Assembly (NCBI GenBank): GCA_047651235.1
Contig: CP178758.1
Coordinates: forward strand, 2,490,001 to 2,522,000
From: Candidatus Electrothrix yaqonensis
GTDB lineage: Bacteria; Desulfobacterota; Desulfobulbia; Desulfobulbales; Desulfobulbaceae
Direction of reading: 5' to 3'
DNA: 32,000 nucleotides
The notes under the pieces are model-generated. The model ran no database searches. It worked only from the letters and a program-made list of their open reading frames with translations, and was not told the DNA's origin. Below, in pieces: positions 1 through 10,700 of the stretch; position 1 is the stretch's first letter; each line of letters begins with the position of its first letter. The position numbers and the translations under genes were made by a program.

Positions 1-251
1 GATTGAGAAGGTCAGTCAATGTACCATAGAAAATGTGCTGTATGAACAAAAAATTAGCCAAAAAAGTACTTGACAAAAGGCATGGAGTGCGTCGGAAGAA
101 TTTTTATTTTCTGTGAATCTGGCATCTTGCTGTCAAAAACAACGAAAAAACAATCAGACGCTTGCTTTTTCCGCATAGGTCGGGTAAAAATATCCGTTTT
201 CGGTCAAGTATAAATTGTTTGACAAGAGTTTAATGAATCAATAAAAATGAG

Positions 252-626
252 GTGGTCCGTATGAGTTTTCTTGAAGGATTACTCTGGCTGACGCTCAATG
301 TATACCACGAAGCCCGCAGTGAACCGCAGATCGGGCAGCTTGCCGTGGCCCATGTCACCCTGAACAGGGCCAGTCAGAATAATCAGACGGTTGAGCAGAC
401 AGTGATGGCCCCCCGTCAGTTCAGCTGGACCTTTCTGCAGAAATCCTATATCCCGAAAGAGACGGATGCGTTTGTCGAGTGCCTGCAGACAGCGATGAAG
501 GCTATGACGACTTCTGATTTTACCGAAGGTGCCACGTATTATCATCGCGAAGACGTGCATCCGAAATGGGCTGCCAGAAAGACCTATGTTGCCAAGTACG
601 GTGACCATATCTTCTACCGGAACTGA
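252..626 (+). CDS. SleB-type cell wall hydrolase domain protein (Hydrolase_2 family)
   Basis: 124-aa ORF with NVYHEARSEP..G..AVAHVTLNR...PRQFSW, typical of the SleB/CwlJ hydrolase domain. The ORF opens at GTG 252, but ATG 261 lies about 6 nt after GAGGTGG and is the likelier start. No signal peptide is visible. Confidence 0.75.
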   Translation: MVRMSFLEGLLWLTLNVYHEARSEPQIGQLAVAHVTLNRASQNNQTVEQTVMAPRQFSWTFLQKSYIPKETDAFVECLQTAMKAMTTSDFTEGATYYHREDVHPKWAARKTYVAKYGDHIFYRN

Positions 627-1447
627 TTTTTCTTCATGTTCTGTCTGACTGTCATCGCCCGAATGACTACCCCCTGCTGTTTCTGCTGATTTTTCTCAAC
701 AACATATCGTCCGCCGTCAGAGGTCATTACCGGTACCTGACGGCTCTGCTCAAAGGCATTATACCCTGCTGCCAGATCTGACCAGAATATATACCAGGGA
801 GAATAGCGATATTTGACAAGGTTGTCCTTGGTCATCCTGAAGGGAAAGATGTGGATGCTGAACTGCTCCTGGCCCTGCAGGAATGCCTGATGGGCCAGCA
901 GATAAATTTCTTCTATCTGCGTATTGCCCATAGCAAAGCAGCCCTGGGAGAGGCATTTGCCGTGCACCATAATAGCGCTGCCGGTACAGTTCCGTGCTAT
1001 ATCAACGGTATTCGGATAGCCGATATTAAAGGACAGGTGAAATCTGCTTCTCGGATTCATCTGCTCGACAGAGACCGTGTAAAAGCCCTCCGGGCTCTGC
1101 CAGTCGCCTTCCAGCAGTTTCGGGCCGATATAGCCGGAATAGCTGCAGATCGGGTATGTTTTGAACAGCCGGTATTCCCCTCTGCTTAGCAGCCAGACCT
1201 CCAGTTCTTTGGAGAGCTTGAAAATACGCATGAACACGGGCTGCCCCAACCGCATACCTTGACGGGCAAGCGCCCGTTCCACCTTCGGCAGTGCCCGGTC
1301 CATAAGGCGTTCTGCCTTGGGAGTGGTGGGTAGATGCAGGTACTCCTCCGTATCCACGGAGGCACGGACAAAAGATGCAGCAAAGGGTGCTGTCCCCCGT
1401 CCGATAATCAGAAGAATAAGCAGAAGCTGAACGATCTTCCGAAGCAT
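614..1447 (-). CDS. YafK/DpaA-like L,D-transpeptidase family protein
   Basis: Motifs VFMRIFKLSKELEVW, YPICSYSGYIGPKLLEGDWQSPEGFY and MVHGKCLSQGCFAM (catalytic His/Cys of the YkuD fold, COG3034-like). The ORF is open to 1573. The ATG at 1447 starts a signal-peptide-like MLRKIVQLLLILLIIGRG and avoids overlap with the upstream gene, whose stop is at 1452-1454. Confidence 0.85.
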   Translation of the reverse strand: MLRKIVQLLLILLIIGRGTAPFAASFVRASVDTEEYLHLPTTPKAERLMDRALPKVERALARQGMRLGQPVFMRIFKLSKELEVWLLSRGEYRLFKTYPICSYSGYIGPKLLEGDWQSPEGFYTVSVEQMNPRSRFHLSFNIGYPNTVDIARNCTGSAIMVHGKCLSQGCFAMGNTQIEEIYLLAHQAFLQGQEQFSIHIFPFRMTKDNLVKYRYSPWYIFWSDLAAGYNAFEQSRQVPVMTSDGGRYVVEKNQQKQQGVVIRAMTVRQNMKKNQFR

Positions 1448-1451
1448 CTGA

Positions 1452-2654
1452 TCAGGAGGCTGTGTTTTTTTCTGCCTGCGCTTGAGCTTGGGCATAGGCT
1501 GTAGCTGCGCACTCGTTCTTGCCGAGATCAAGCTCTTCCGCCCGCGCATCATCCACCTGTTCCGTATTGGCATTGACCCGCCTGATCACAGCGTATTCCT
1601 CCGGCTGCGGCCGCATATTCTCTTTGATGAAGGCGATAAAGTCTGCCTCGCGTTCTATACCGTAAATCGACTTGTTCCGTTCAATTGCCTCGGCAAGGGT
1701 GGTTATGAACAGCAGGTTGGGATCAGCTTCCTCCCAGTCCATATAATGGGCCGGTAATATTTTTATGTTTTGGTCGAGCTGCTGTATCATGCTGAGAGAC
1801 CGGAAAAGCTGGACAGCCCAGGCTTCAGCCTGTCCGCCGAGATCCGGGCGACCGACCGAGGAGATGAATACCGTGTCGCCGGAGAGCATATATCGACCGT
1901 TGATGAGATAACAGGTTGATCCCGGTGTATGTCCGGGAGTAAAGACGGCTCTGACTTCGGGGCCGTTTTCATCATTTTCATCGTTGTCGTTAGGCCGATA
2001 TATTTTCTGATCGATAACCGGGGTGTACGGATTCTCGGAACTGCCGAAATCTCCTGCATTCCCGTAAAAGGTTGCGCCGATTTTTTCGGCAAGGGTTCTT
2101 GAACCGGAAATGTAGTCGGCCTGCAGGTGGGTCTCAAAGGCGCTGATGATACGGCATTTTTTCTCCGCAGCAAAGTTCAGGTAAAAATCCACATTGCGCG
2201 AAGGGTCAAAGAGCATCATGCTGCCGCCGGAAAGCAGGCCGTAAGAGCAGGATGCCTTGGCCGGACGGATAAACTGATACAGCGCAAAATTATCTTCCGC
2301 TGCCACCAGTTTCGGGATCAGCAGGTTGCCCCAGCTCTTGAAACCGCCTGATAGATAGCCCAGATCGGAAAAGCCGTGTCTGTCCAGTATTTCAGCCACG
2401 TATTTTGCCGATCCCTCTTTGGCACAGACGATACGGATGCTGCGGTTCTGCGGAACCCGGGCAACGGATTCCTCTTCCGCTTCCATAAAATCGTAATAGG
2501 AGATGTTGTGCTGCTCAAAAGGGTAGGGTGACTCGATATGCGAGCGGCTGAAATCTTTTTCATTGCGGACATCAAGAACAACAATATCTTCAAGATCTTT
2601 TTTCTCTGTGAGCCGGTAGAAAAGATCCGGTGCCTGAAAGCTGAAAACTGCCAT
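1452..2654 (-). CDS. Rhodanese-like domain fused to MBL-fold metallo-hydrolase (persulfide-dioxygenase/ETHE1-like family)
   Basis: The N-terminus VVLDVRNEKDF...IRIVCAKEGSAKYVAEIL...GGFKSWG is a rhodanese fold with a candidate active-site Cys. The C-terminus TPGHTPGSTCYL...SGDTVF..SVGRPDLGG is an MBL fold. The ORF is open to 2792, but ATG 2654 (MAVFSFQ) is preceded by GGAGG and is the likely start. Confidence 0.75.
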   Translation of the reverse strand: MAVFSFQAPDLFYRLTEKKDLEDIVVLDVRNEKDFSRSHIESPYPFEQHNISYYDFMEAEEESVARVPQNRSIRIVCAKEGSAKYVAEILDRHGFSDLGYLSGGFKSWGNLLIPKLVAAEDNFALYQFIRPAKASCSYGLLSGGSMMLFDPSRNVDFYLNFAAEKKCRIISAFETHLQADYISGSRTLAEKIGATFYGNAGDFGSSENPYTPVIDQKIYRPNDNDENDENGPEVRAVFTPGHTPGSTCYLINGRYMLSGDTVFISSVGRPDLGGQAEAWAVQLFRSLSMIQQLDQNIKILPAHYMDWEEADPNLLFITTLAEAIERNKSIYGIEREADFIAFIKENMRPQPEEYAVIRRVNANTEQVDDARAEELDLGKNECAATAYAQAQAQAEKNTAS

Positions 2655-2998
2655 TGAGAAAACCTCCGGTTGAAATATTGGGCAATATCGGGTGCAGTGC
2701 GGTGTGCTTCTGCCTCTGCCCGTCGGGGTGGAACAGTTTATAATTGGATTGGATAGTCGAGCTATAGTCGGGCAGAAAAAAAGATTCTGCATTTTTTTAC
2801 CGGTTTTTCAGGAAAAGTTCAAGGAGAGTTCAAAGAAGAGAGTGGAGAGAGAAAGAGGCGCCGTGTTCTGTCCGGCAGGCAGAAAATTCTCCTGCTGAAC
2901 GGGTTGGCCGGATTGCGGAATGACTGCGGAATAATTGAAATCGATTCGCATTATTGCATCACTCTATTTCTTGAAGAGCAGCGTGGAACATGATATGC

Positions 2999-3008
2999 TC
3001 TGCACAGA
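2999..3008 (-). promoter_or_regulatory. Copy 1 (minus orientation) of palindromic motif TCTGTGCAGA(G)
   Basis: The plus strand reads CTCTGCACAGAG at 2998-3009, which is CTCTGTGCAGAG on the minus strand. It lies in the 588-bp divergent intergenic region between the MBL gene and the hemerythrin gene. Confidence 0.35.
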
Positions 3009-3242
3009 GTACGGAGCAGTGCCGGACTTTACATTGTTTTTTTTCTTTTCTCTGTGTAAAATTGTTTAGAACTATCTTCCTGATACCCTATAGAAAAACG
3101 AAAAACTACAGAAAAACCTGCCGGAAGAAGGCGTCCGCTACGTCTGATCAACCTTCAGCAGGGCCGCAACGGTCGTACGGTCATAGAGGAATGTGCAATG
3201 CATTCTTTATTTTAATTAATTTTATTCCTGTTGGAGAAAAAA

Positions 3243-3650
3243 ATGCTTTATATGTGGAAAGATGAATACAGTGTGGGGGTTTCCCGTTTTGACAATCATC
3301 ATAAAAAATTGTTTGATATCGCCAATCAGCTGCATGATATGATGAAGACCGGAAAAGGTGAGGAGGTTATAGAACCTACTCTTCGGGAACTGGTCGAATA
3401 TACCAGATATCATCTTGCCGAAGAAGAAAAAGCTATGGAGATGATAGGGTATTCCGGCATCTCTTCGCATAAGAGGGCCCATGCCCTCTTTACAGCGCAG
3501 CTCAACGAGGCAATGGGTGAGATCGAGAAAGGGCATGCCACCTTTGTGGTGATCAAGGTCGCCCGGACTGTTATTGACTGGCTGATTGACCATATCTTTG
3601 TGGTTGACAAGAAATATACCGCTGAAATGAATGAGGCTGGCATGAAATAA
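3243..3650 (+). CDS. Bacteriohemerythrin (hemerythrin-like metal-binding protein)
   Basis: MWKDEYSVGV..FDNHHKKLF....L.EYTRYHLAEEE..M......SHKRAH..F....DWLIDHIFVVDKKY carries the classic H/HxxxE/HxxxH/HxxxxD ligand pattern. The ORF opens at TTG 3231; ATG 3243 lies 7 nt after GGAG. Confidence 0.85.
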   Translation: MLYMWKDEYSVGVSRFDNHHKKLFDIANQLHDMMKTGKGEEVIEPTLRELVEYTRYHLAEEEKAMEMIGYSGISSHKRAHALFTAQLNEAMGEIEKGHATFVVIKVARTVIDWLIDHIFVVDKKYTAEMNEAGMK

Positions 3651-3697
3651 AAAGCAGCTGCACTGCCTGGCTGCAGGGAGATATTTTTCTTATATTT

Positions 3698-3707
3698 TCT
3701 GTGCAGA
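3698..3707 (+). promoter_or_regulatory. Copy 2 of palindromic motif TCTGTGCAGA
   Basis: TTCTGTGCAGAT at 3697-3708, 68 nt upstream of the kinase ATG at 3775. The 14-mer ATTTTCTGTGCAGA (3694-3707) is identical to 23311-23324. Confidence 0.35.
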
Positions 3708-3712
3708 TACTG

Positions 3713-3738
3713 CGGGACAGTCCAGAGCGGCTGTCCCG
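3713..3738 (+). other. 8-bp stem hairpin (CGGGACAG / CTGTCCCG, 10-nt loop) in the leader of the kinase gene
   Basis: Perfect inverted repeat read directly from the sequence. No T-run follows, so it is not a classical terminator. Function unknown. Confidence 0.4.
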
Positions 3739-3774
3739 GATTCTGTCCGGTTCAGGCCGCATCGCGCTGTTCTG

Positions 3775-6700
3775 ATGTTCATTCAAGTCTTTCATCCCCC
3801 TATGCAAAGCGAAAGCGTGCCTTTTTACAGACAGCTCCGTTTCAGCATGATGCTGACGATGTTTGTTCTCGTTACGCTGATCAGCGGAACCAGCATTCTG
3901 ATAAGCTATTATGTGACCGGACAGAAGATAGAAAGGGATGTCTCGGCAGAATTTCTCAGTACGGAAGGTGTTGCGCGTTCTTCTTTTCAACGGTTTAAAC
4001 AAGAGCTTCTGTGCATTTGCCGGTCAGTGGCGGATGAATTGATACTCCGCCGGCTGCAGCCTGCCGGAGAAACTCTGCCTCCGGCCGAGCTTTTCCGTTT
4101 TCTTGAGCGGAAAAATAATGCGGATATAGTTTTTCTGGTGAATCCGGCGGGTGAGCTAATCGGAGCTTCTGGAAAAGAACGGTCTGCTGCCAACGCATTA
4201 TTTATGCATCAGGCTGTCCGTTCAAAGGCTGGAACAGGAGCAGAAGAACAGCCCTTCACGGTGATTTTTCTTGATGACTCCGCCTCAGGAGGCAGCAGGA
4301 ACCGAAAACGTTTCTTTATGCTTGCCGCTGTTTCGTTTCGGCTGCCCGGTACAGAAGGCAGTTTTTTTGTGTTCAGCGGCTTCCTTATGGACAGTTCTTT
4401 CCTGCTGCGCTTTCCCATTCATTCCAATATGGATATCACCCTGGTCAGCGACAACAATGTCATCGCAACGACATTGCCGCCGGAGGACGTTGTCCGGGAA
4501 CAGGCGAATTATCCGTTCTACAGGCCGTCGCTGCTGCTGCCGGGAGCTCTTGATCTGATCCATGAAAGTTCGTTTTTCAACGAAAAGATGTATGTTAAGA
4601 TCAGGTATATTCCGGGAATGGAGAACAGCACGGTCAATTTTCTTATTCTCTCCCATCCGTCCAGACTTGTCCTGGCGACCAAAACAGAGGTCGGCCAGCA
4701 TTTCATTATTCTTCTTTTCCTGGGCATCTGCTGTTCAGTCCTGCTGATTTTTTTTATTACCGGCTCGGTGCTGAATCCGATCAGAGAGCTGAAACAGCTT
4801 GTCTATACGATCAGCCAGGGAGATCTGAGCAACAGGATTGAAACGGCTGTGACCAATGAGTTCACGCCGCTGATTATCCAGTTCAACAACATGCTGAATC
4901 TGATTCAGCGGAAAGATGAAGAACTGCTGGACAGAGTAGCAGCCAAAACCGCCGAACTCCGCCGGCAGAATGCCTTTATCGACAATCTGCTCCGTTCTTC
5001 CCTGATTATGGGGATTGCCGCTACGGATATGAATCTGATCATCACGTATTTCAATCCGGTTGCCGAGAAGCTGTTCGGCTTCAGGGCGGATGAGGTGATC
5101 GGAAAAAAGGTCACCGAATTTCATCCTCATATAAAAAACAGAGCTGAAGAGTTCCGCAGACTGATTGACAGTGCTCTGGACAAAGGGTCCCATACGTTCA
5201 CGGTCACTGTACCGGATATCGCCCCGGGCAGAGACGGTGCAGATGGTGACTCAGATACAGTCAGATGTGCAGAAGAACATTCCGGAGATCAACGTATTAT
5301 AGAGGTCTATTTGTCTCCCATCAAGGCGAGAAATAAGCAGGGACGGGAGATCACCGGCGGCCTGATGCTGATGGCCCAGGATATTACAGCGGCCAGACTG
5401 ATGGATGAACGCCTGCATTCTGCTCTGGCCGAACTGCAGGTTATTCTGGACAATACCATGCTGGGCCTGGCGCTGGTCCAGGGAGAACGGATTATCCGGG
5501 TTAATACCACCTTTGAGAAGATGTTCGGCTATCCTTTTGATGAAATTAAGAATATGCCCTGGACGCTCTTCCGTTCTTCCATCTTTGCCGGTAAAGAAGC
5601 GGAATGCTGGGACGGAAGCGGCCGTATGTTTTCCATGATGAAAAAAGCGGAATCCCAGCCGTTTTGGAGCAAGGTCCGTCAGATTACCATTGACAGCGAG
5701 CGCAGGCAGGAGAAAAAAAGGGATCTCTACCTCTTTGAGGATATGAGCAGTCAGAACGAGATGTTCGAGAAAATCCAACGCCTCAGTCAGGCTGTGGAGC
5801 AGAGTTCGAATTCCGTTGTGATCACCACGACGGACGGCGTGATTGAGTACGTCAACAAAACCTTTGTCAGCACAACCGGGTACTCCGCCCGTGAGGTCAT
5901 CGGGCAGAGTCTGGAGGTGCTGGCACCCGGCAGAACAGAGGCGACTGTATATCAGAAAATGTGGGAGGCTGTCCGGGCCGGCAACGAGTGGACCGGCGAG
6001 ATTGTCAATAAAAAGAAAAATGGTGTGTTGTACGAGGAGAACGTTGTTGCCTCGCCGATCCGTAATGAAGAAGGGCAGATAACACATATTATTGTCACCA
6101 AGGAAAATATTACCGACCTCAAAAAAGCCAGGCAGCAGGCGGACAGCGCCAACCGGGCCAAGAGTGAATTTCTTGCCAATATGAGTCATGAGATCCGTAC
6201 CCCGATGAATTCCATCATCGGGATGACGGAACTGCTCCTTGAGACGGAGATGCAGCCGGAACAGCAGGGATATCTGGAAAACGTCAACAGTTCGGCCAGC
6301 GTTCTTCTGTCCCTGATCAATGATATTCTTGATTTTTCAAAAATTGAGGCAGGTAAACTGGAGCTGGACAGCCAGCCCTTCAGACCGCTGCAGCTTGCGG
6401 AAGAGGTTATCCGGACCCTGCAGATTCTGGCGGAACAGAAGGGTATTGAACTCCGGTTGCATGTAATCAATGATGATGCATGTTATCCTGTGGGGGATTC
6501 GTTGCGTATCCGCCAGGTGCTGCTCAATCTTGTCGGCAATGCCATCAAATTCACCCAGCAGGGCAGTGTTACGCTGGAGGTCGATATACGGGCTACGCAT
6601 ACGAATTACTGTTCCCTGAGTTTTACCGTGATTGATACAGGGATCGGCATTTCTCAGGAACATCAGAAAAATATTTTTTCCAATTTCACCCAGGCCGACA

Positions 6701-7713
6701 GTTCGATAACCAGGGATTTCGGAGGAACCGGTCTCGGTCTTGCCATCAGCAACCGCCTGCTGCAGATGATGGGCAGTGAAATTCATCTGAAAAGCACGCT
6801 CGGCGAAGGAAGTATTTTTTCTTTTACCCTGCTGTTTAAGGAAGGGGCACAGGATACCGACGGTCCCAGGACTCAGAAAAAGCATGTCCCCCCTGATCGC
6901 TGTCTTGATATCCTGCTGGTTGAGGATAATCCTGCCAATCAGCAGCTCGCTCTAATTATTCTTGAAAAGCAGGGACATAATGTCAGCGTAGCCAATAACG
7001 GCCTGGAAACGCTTTCCTGTCTGAGCCGTCAGCGGTATGATCTTATTTTTATGGATATGCAGATGCCGGTGATGGACGGCCTGACCGCCACCCGGCATAT
7101 CCGGCGGATCGAGCAGGGATTTGCGGAAGAATTGCCTGAAATGGCTGCTGTCTCGGAACAGCTTCATGCCAGGCTGACCGGCGGACATGTTTATATTGTT
7201 GCTGTTACGGCCAATGCTATGTATGAGGACCGGAAGCAGTGTCTTGAGGCCGGGATGGATGAGTATCTCAGCAAGCCCTACAAGAAACATGCTCTTCTGA
7301 AAATATTGCACTTATTTGACAAAGAAACTATGTTATCTGTACCGGAGGCGGAAATGACTGAACAGGAAAAAGCCCCGGCTGTCTCATGGAATGAGGTGCT
7401 GGACCATCTTATAGGACAGTTTGAGCTGGAACGCGAAGATGCGGAGGCCGTGCTCGGCACCTATTCCGAATCTCTTGCCCGGAATATCGATATGCTGCGT
7501 GAGTATATCGCCAAGGGAGAGGGGGTGGAGGCCGGACGTCAGGCCCATGCCATGAAGGGAGGGCTGCTTAATCTGGGACTTGAGCAGCTTGCGGAAACAG
7601 CCTTTGCTCTGGAAAAGGAACTCCCCAAGGCAATAGAGAAAAAACATACAGAAATGATCGGGCAGCTTGCTCAGGCTCTTGTCGGGATAACCTCCGGACA
7701 CACCGGTTCCTGA
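3775..7713 (+). CDS. Hybrid sensor histidine kinase (TM-sensor-TM-HAMP-PASx3-HisKA-HATPase_c-REC-Hpt)
   Basis: 1312 aa. There are two TM helices flanking a sensor domain of about 260 aa, and a HAMP-like segment [17 protein letters not shown]. The H-box is [23 protein letters not shown], the N/G boxes are [10 protein letters not shown] and [15 protein letters not shown], the REC is [11 protein letters not shown]...[14 protein letters not shown]...KPY, and the Hpt is [13 protein letters not shown]. The start is ambiguous (ATG 3775, 3802 or 3847) and none has a strong SD. Confidence 0.9.
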   Translation: MFIQVFHPPMQSESVPFYRQLRFSMMLTMFVLVTLISGTSILISYYVTGQKIERDVSAEFLSTEGVARSSFQRFKQELLCICRSVADELILRRLQPAGETLPPAELFRFLERKNNADIVFLVNPAGELIGASGKERSAANALFMHQAVRSKAGTGAEEQPFTVIFLDDSASGGSRNRKRFFMLAAVSFRLPGTEGSFFVFSGFLMDSSFLLRFPIHSNMDITLVSDNNVIATTLPPEDVVREQANYPFYRPSLLLPGALDLIHESSFFNEKMYVKIRYIPGMENSTVNFLILSHPSRLVLATKTEVGQHFIILLFLGICCSVLLIFFITGSVLNPIRELKQLVYTISQGDLSNRIETAVTNEFTPLIIQFNNMLNLIQRKDEELLDRVAAKTAELRRQNAFIDNLLRSSLIMGIAATDMNLIITYFNPVAEKLFGFRADEVIGKKVTEFHPHIKNRAEEFRRLIDSALDKGSHTFTVTVPDIAPGRDGADGDSDTVRCAEEHSGDQRIIEVYLSPIKARNKQGREITGGLMLMAQDITAARLMDERLHSALAELQVILDNTMLGLALVQGERIIRVNTTFEKMFGYPFDEIKNMPWTLFRSSIFAGKEAECWDGSGRMFSMMKKAESQPFWSKVRQITIDSERRQEKKRDLYLFEDMSSQNEMFEKIQRLSQAVEQSSNSVVITTTDGVIEYVNKTFVSTTGYSAREVIGQSLEVLAPGRTEATVYQKMWEAVRAGNEWTGEIVNKKKNGVLYEENVVASPIRNEEGQITHIIVTKENITDLKKARQQADSANRAKSEFLANMSHEIRTPMNSIIGMTELLLETEMQPEQQGYLENVNSSASVLLSLINDILDFSKIEAGKLELDSQPFRPLQLAEEVIRTLQILAEQKGIELRLHVINDDACYPVGDSLRIRQVLLNLVGNAIKFTQQGSVTLEVDIRATHTNYCSLSFTVIDTGIGISQEHQKNIFSNFTQADSSITRDFGGTGLGLAISNRLLQMMGSEIHLKSTLGEGSIFSFTLLFKEGAQDTDGPRTQKKHVPPDRCLDILLVEDNPANQQLALIILEKQGHNVSVANNGLETLSCLSRQRYDLIFMDMQMPVMDGLTATRHIRRIEQGFAEELPEMAAVSEQLHARLTGGHVYIVAVTANAMYEDRKQCLEAGMDEYLSKPYKKHALLKILHLFDKETMLSVPEAEMTEQEKAPAVSWNEVLDHLIGQFELEREDAEAVLGTYSESLARNIDMLREYIAKGEGVEAGRQAHAMKGGLLNLGLEQLAETAFALEKELPKAIEKKHTEMIGQLAQALVGITSGHTGS

Positions 7714-7746
7714 TACGCCGGATATGCCGGTCGGTCCTCCTGCGGA

Positions 7747-10700
7747 ATGAAGTACGTGAAATACGGCAATCTCCTGCTTCTCTACCTGTTTATAGCCGTC
7801 ACCCTGATTGTGCTTGTCCTGTCCGGAGGAGGCGTTGTCGCGTATAAGTATCAGCAGCGACTTCTGCAGGAAGATATCAGAACCTACCGTTATTCTCTTG
7901 CCCAGGAGGCTGAACGCCTCAGGCAGACACTGCAGCAGATTTTCAGCCTTGCGGAACTGCTGGCGGATAATCCGGTGATCATCAATATGCTGGATAAACG
8001 GCTGCACAGGATTGCGCCATCTCAGGTGGCCGAGCTTATTGTTGAAAAGAATCTGCAGGCAATCGCTGCGGTTGAAAATATTTCCGTCGTTTTTCTGATC
8101 GATCTTGAAGGGGAGTGCATTTATGCCAGTGAACCGGATGCAGTCGGGCGGAATTACAGGCTCAGGAGATATTTCCAAGATGCTGTGCAGCATGAGACCG
8201 GTCTGTATGCTGCCATGAATACTGATACTGAGCCAGCTACCCGACGGACGGAGATGTATTATGCCCGGATCGTCAGAAACGGAACCCTGCCGCTTGGAGT
8301 TGTCGTGCTGAGAATCAGTCCGGATTTTTTTCACCTCCGTTCCTTTGCCGCAGCCTTTACAACCAGGCCTCCGGCGCCGGAGGAAATGCGCATCGGGCTG
8401 TCCGCAGACAAAAATATTATCTTCGGCTCAACAGACAGTCCAGACAGTCTTGTTGCACTCCGTCAGCTTTCAGCAGAACAGCGGCAGTTTCCGCCGGAAA
8501 ACATACAGCCGCTGGGCTTTTCTCTGTCCGGGGTGAACGATCTCATTGCCACGGGTTTTCTCAAGGAAAAAACGCCTGGCGGCAGGGAATATTATCTGTT
8601 CTATCAGCCGCTGTCCGGTAATGATCTCGCTCTGATTCATGTTGTGGCAACTGCATGGTTTGAAAAGTTTTTCCGGCCGGCTTCGCTGAATTATTCAGGC
8701 TATGCCGTCATGCTCTGCCTGATGCTGTTCATTATGCTTGCCCTACTGTATATGCTGAACAGGCGTCATCAACAGGCGATTCTGGCAGCAGCAACTCTTG
8801 AACGTGAAGCAGGGCAGCGGCTTCAGGAAAAAGAAAAATATGAACAGATCATCAACCGGAATCCGCAGGGATTCTGGCTGAATGATTTTAAATCAGGGAT
8901 AATCCTTGAGGTCAATCAGAGCCTCTGCCGACTGCTCGGCCTACCGGCCGAGCAGATTATCGGCCGCCATGTCAACGAGTTCCTGACCATAACCAGCATG
9001 CATCCCGATGACAGGCCCCTCCCGGAAGCCCTGCCTGATGCCTCCAGCGAAGGTACCCTGGGGTACGCTGACGGAACAGCCTCGGATGTGCTGGTTACCT
9101 CTTCCTGCATCATACCGGATGACAGTCGGCGGAAGACCTGTTTTTCTTTTTTTACCGATATCTCAGAAAGAAAAAAGGAGCAGGAACAGCTTTTTCTTTT
9201 TTCCCAGGCAGTGAAGCAGAGTACAAGCGCCATTGTGATTACGGATAAAAATGCTGATGTCGTGTACGTCAACCCGTTTTTCACCGAGCTGACAGGCTAC
9301 AGCCGGTCGGCGATGTACAGCACGAATCCGGCCGTGCTGACCGGCGGAGAAAAGGATACTCCGGTCAGCCAAGAAATCTGGCAGCAGATCAGAAGCGGCG
9401 GCACCTGGAAAGGAGTTCTGCGCAACCGGAAAAAGGACGGTACCCTGTACTGGGAGGGACAGACGGTCTGTCCATTATATGATGCTGCGACCGGGACGAT
9501 CAGTTATTATCTGGCTATCAAACACGATGTGACGGAACGGGTTGAGCTGGAAAAAGAGCTCAAGGCCCAGCTCACCAAACTGGAGCTGATTGTCGAACAT
9601 GCGGCCATAGGTATTGCCCATGTTATTGACCGGCGGTTTGCCTGGGTCAGCAGAGGGGCTGCAGAGATGTTCGGTTACTGTGACAAGGAAGAAATCGCGG
9701 CCATGCCGACATCCGTTATCTTTGAAAATCAAGCGGTTTTTGAAGAGACATATCAGCGCGCCCACAGTGCGTTTGCCGCAGGCAGGATCTTTCAGGAAGA
9801 ACAGCTGATGCAGCGGAAAGACGGAGGCCGTTTCTGGTGTTCGCTGACCGGAAAAATGATTGATCCGACAGAGCCGGAGATGGGGGCCATCTGGCTGACC
9901 AAGGATATCAGCCGCGAGAAAGAGGAAGAACGGCAGCTGCAGCTGGCCAAGGAAAGAGCGGAGCAGGCGAATCAAGCGAAAAGTAATTTTCTGGCCAATA
10001 TGAGTCATGAGATCCGTACCCCCATGCACGCCATCATCGGTATGAGCAGGCTGGCTCTGGAAACCTCTCTTGATGAGCAGCAGCGGTACTATATCGGAAC
10101 GGTCAACAAGGCAGCGGAAGCGCTTCTCGGGCTGCTGAATGATATTCTCGAATTCTCCAAGATAGAGGCGGGCAGGCTGAAGCTGCATCCGAAACCGTTC
10201 GAGCTGGAGGAGTGCGTCCGGGACGCGGTACGGACCCTGGAATATCAGGCTGAGGAGAAAGGGCTGTCTCTGCACTGTGCTGTTGATCCCGGAGTCCCCG
10301 GGTTTGTCTGCGGTGACCCGATGCGGCTGCGCCAGATTCTTGTCAATCTGCTGAACAACAGCATCAAATTCAGTAACCAGGGGACGATATCCGTTCAGGT
10401 TGCCGTGCAGGAACGTACAGAGAATGAGATCGTGCTGGCCTTCCGGGTCAGAGATCACGGTATTGGGATTATGCCGGAGAAGCTGAATGATATTTTTGAA
10501 AAATTTGTCCAAGTCGATACCAGTGCCAGCAGGGGATTTGAGGGTACCGGTCTGGGGCTGACCATATGTTACCGGCTCTGCAGGATGATGGGCGGTGAAA
10601 TCAATGTTCAAAGTGTGCCCGGTCAGGGAAGCACCTTTATTTTTACAGTCCGTTTTCAGCAGGTTCCTGCACTTGATCGGCCTGCCGGGGATGCTGCAGA

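Noticed and set aside
120-134. Sigma54-like TGGCAT...TTGC upstream of the SleB-like gene
   Set aside because: The GG-to-GC spacing is 8 nt instead of the required 11 or so (TGGCAC-N5-TTGC). Other TGG-containing candidates at about 2903 and about 12846 fail the same test.
219-247. Perfect -35 TTGACA (219-224) with TAAAAA 17 bp downstream
   Set aside because: The predicted TSS would fall on or after the SD of the SleB-like gene, and the -10 is poor. This was a pattern match only.
1448-1573. Upstream extension of the YafK-like ORF (and 2655-2792 for the MBL ORF)
   Set aside because: These extensions overlap the neighbouring gene or have implausible composition. Internal ATGs give a signal peptide (1447) or an SD-preceded start (2654).
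2692-3265. 68-aa and 91-aa plus-strand ORFs in the long MBL/hemerythrin intergenic region
   Set aside because: They are Cys/Phe/Arg-rich with no RBS and no motifs, and the second runs into the hemerythrin start region. They are probably non-coding. The 588-bp gap remains unexplained apart from the motif at 2998-3009.
3654-3695. Possible rho-independent terminator after the hemerythrin gene (CTGCA..TGCAG / CCTG..CAGG followed by ATATTTTTCTT)
   Set aside because: The stems are only 4-5 bp with large loops, and the T-run is several nt away. That is too weak to call.
6175-6203. 29-nt stretch identical to 9994-10022 (GCCAATATGAGTCATGAGATCCGTACCCC)
   Set aside because: It encodes the conserved H-box [10 protein letters not shown] of the two paralogous kinases. 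It is explained by paralogy and shared codon usage, not by a mobile repeat, and the flanking DNA diverges quickly.
9475-10611. 378-aa minus-strand ORF (similar cases at 7384-8334, 5251-6189, 6337-6885, 11629-12459, 12881-13588, 13815-14456)
   Set aside because: All lie antisense inside the large signalling genes, whose plus-strand frames carry unambiguous HisKA, HATPase, REC, PAS and GGDEF motifs. They are shadow ORFs.
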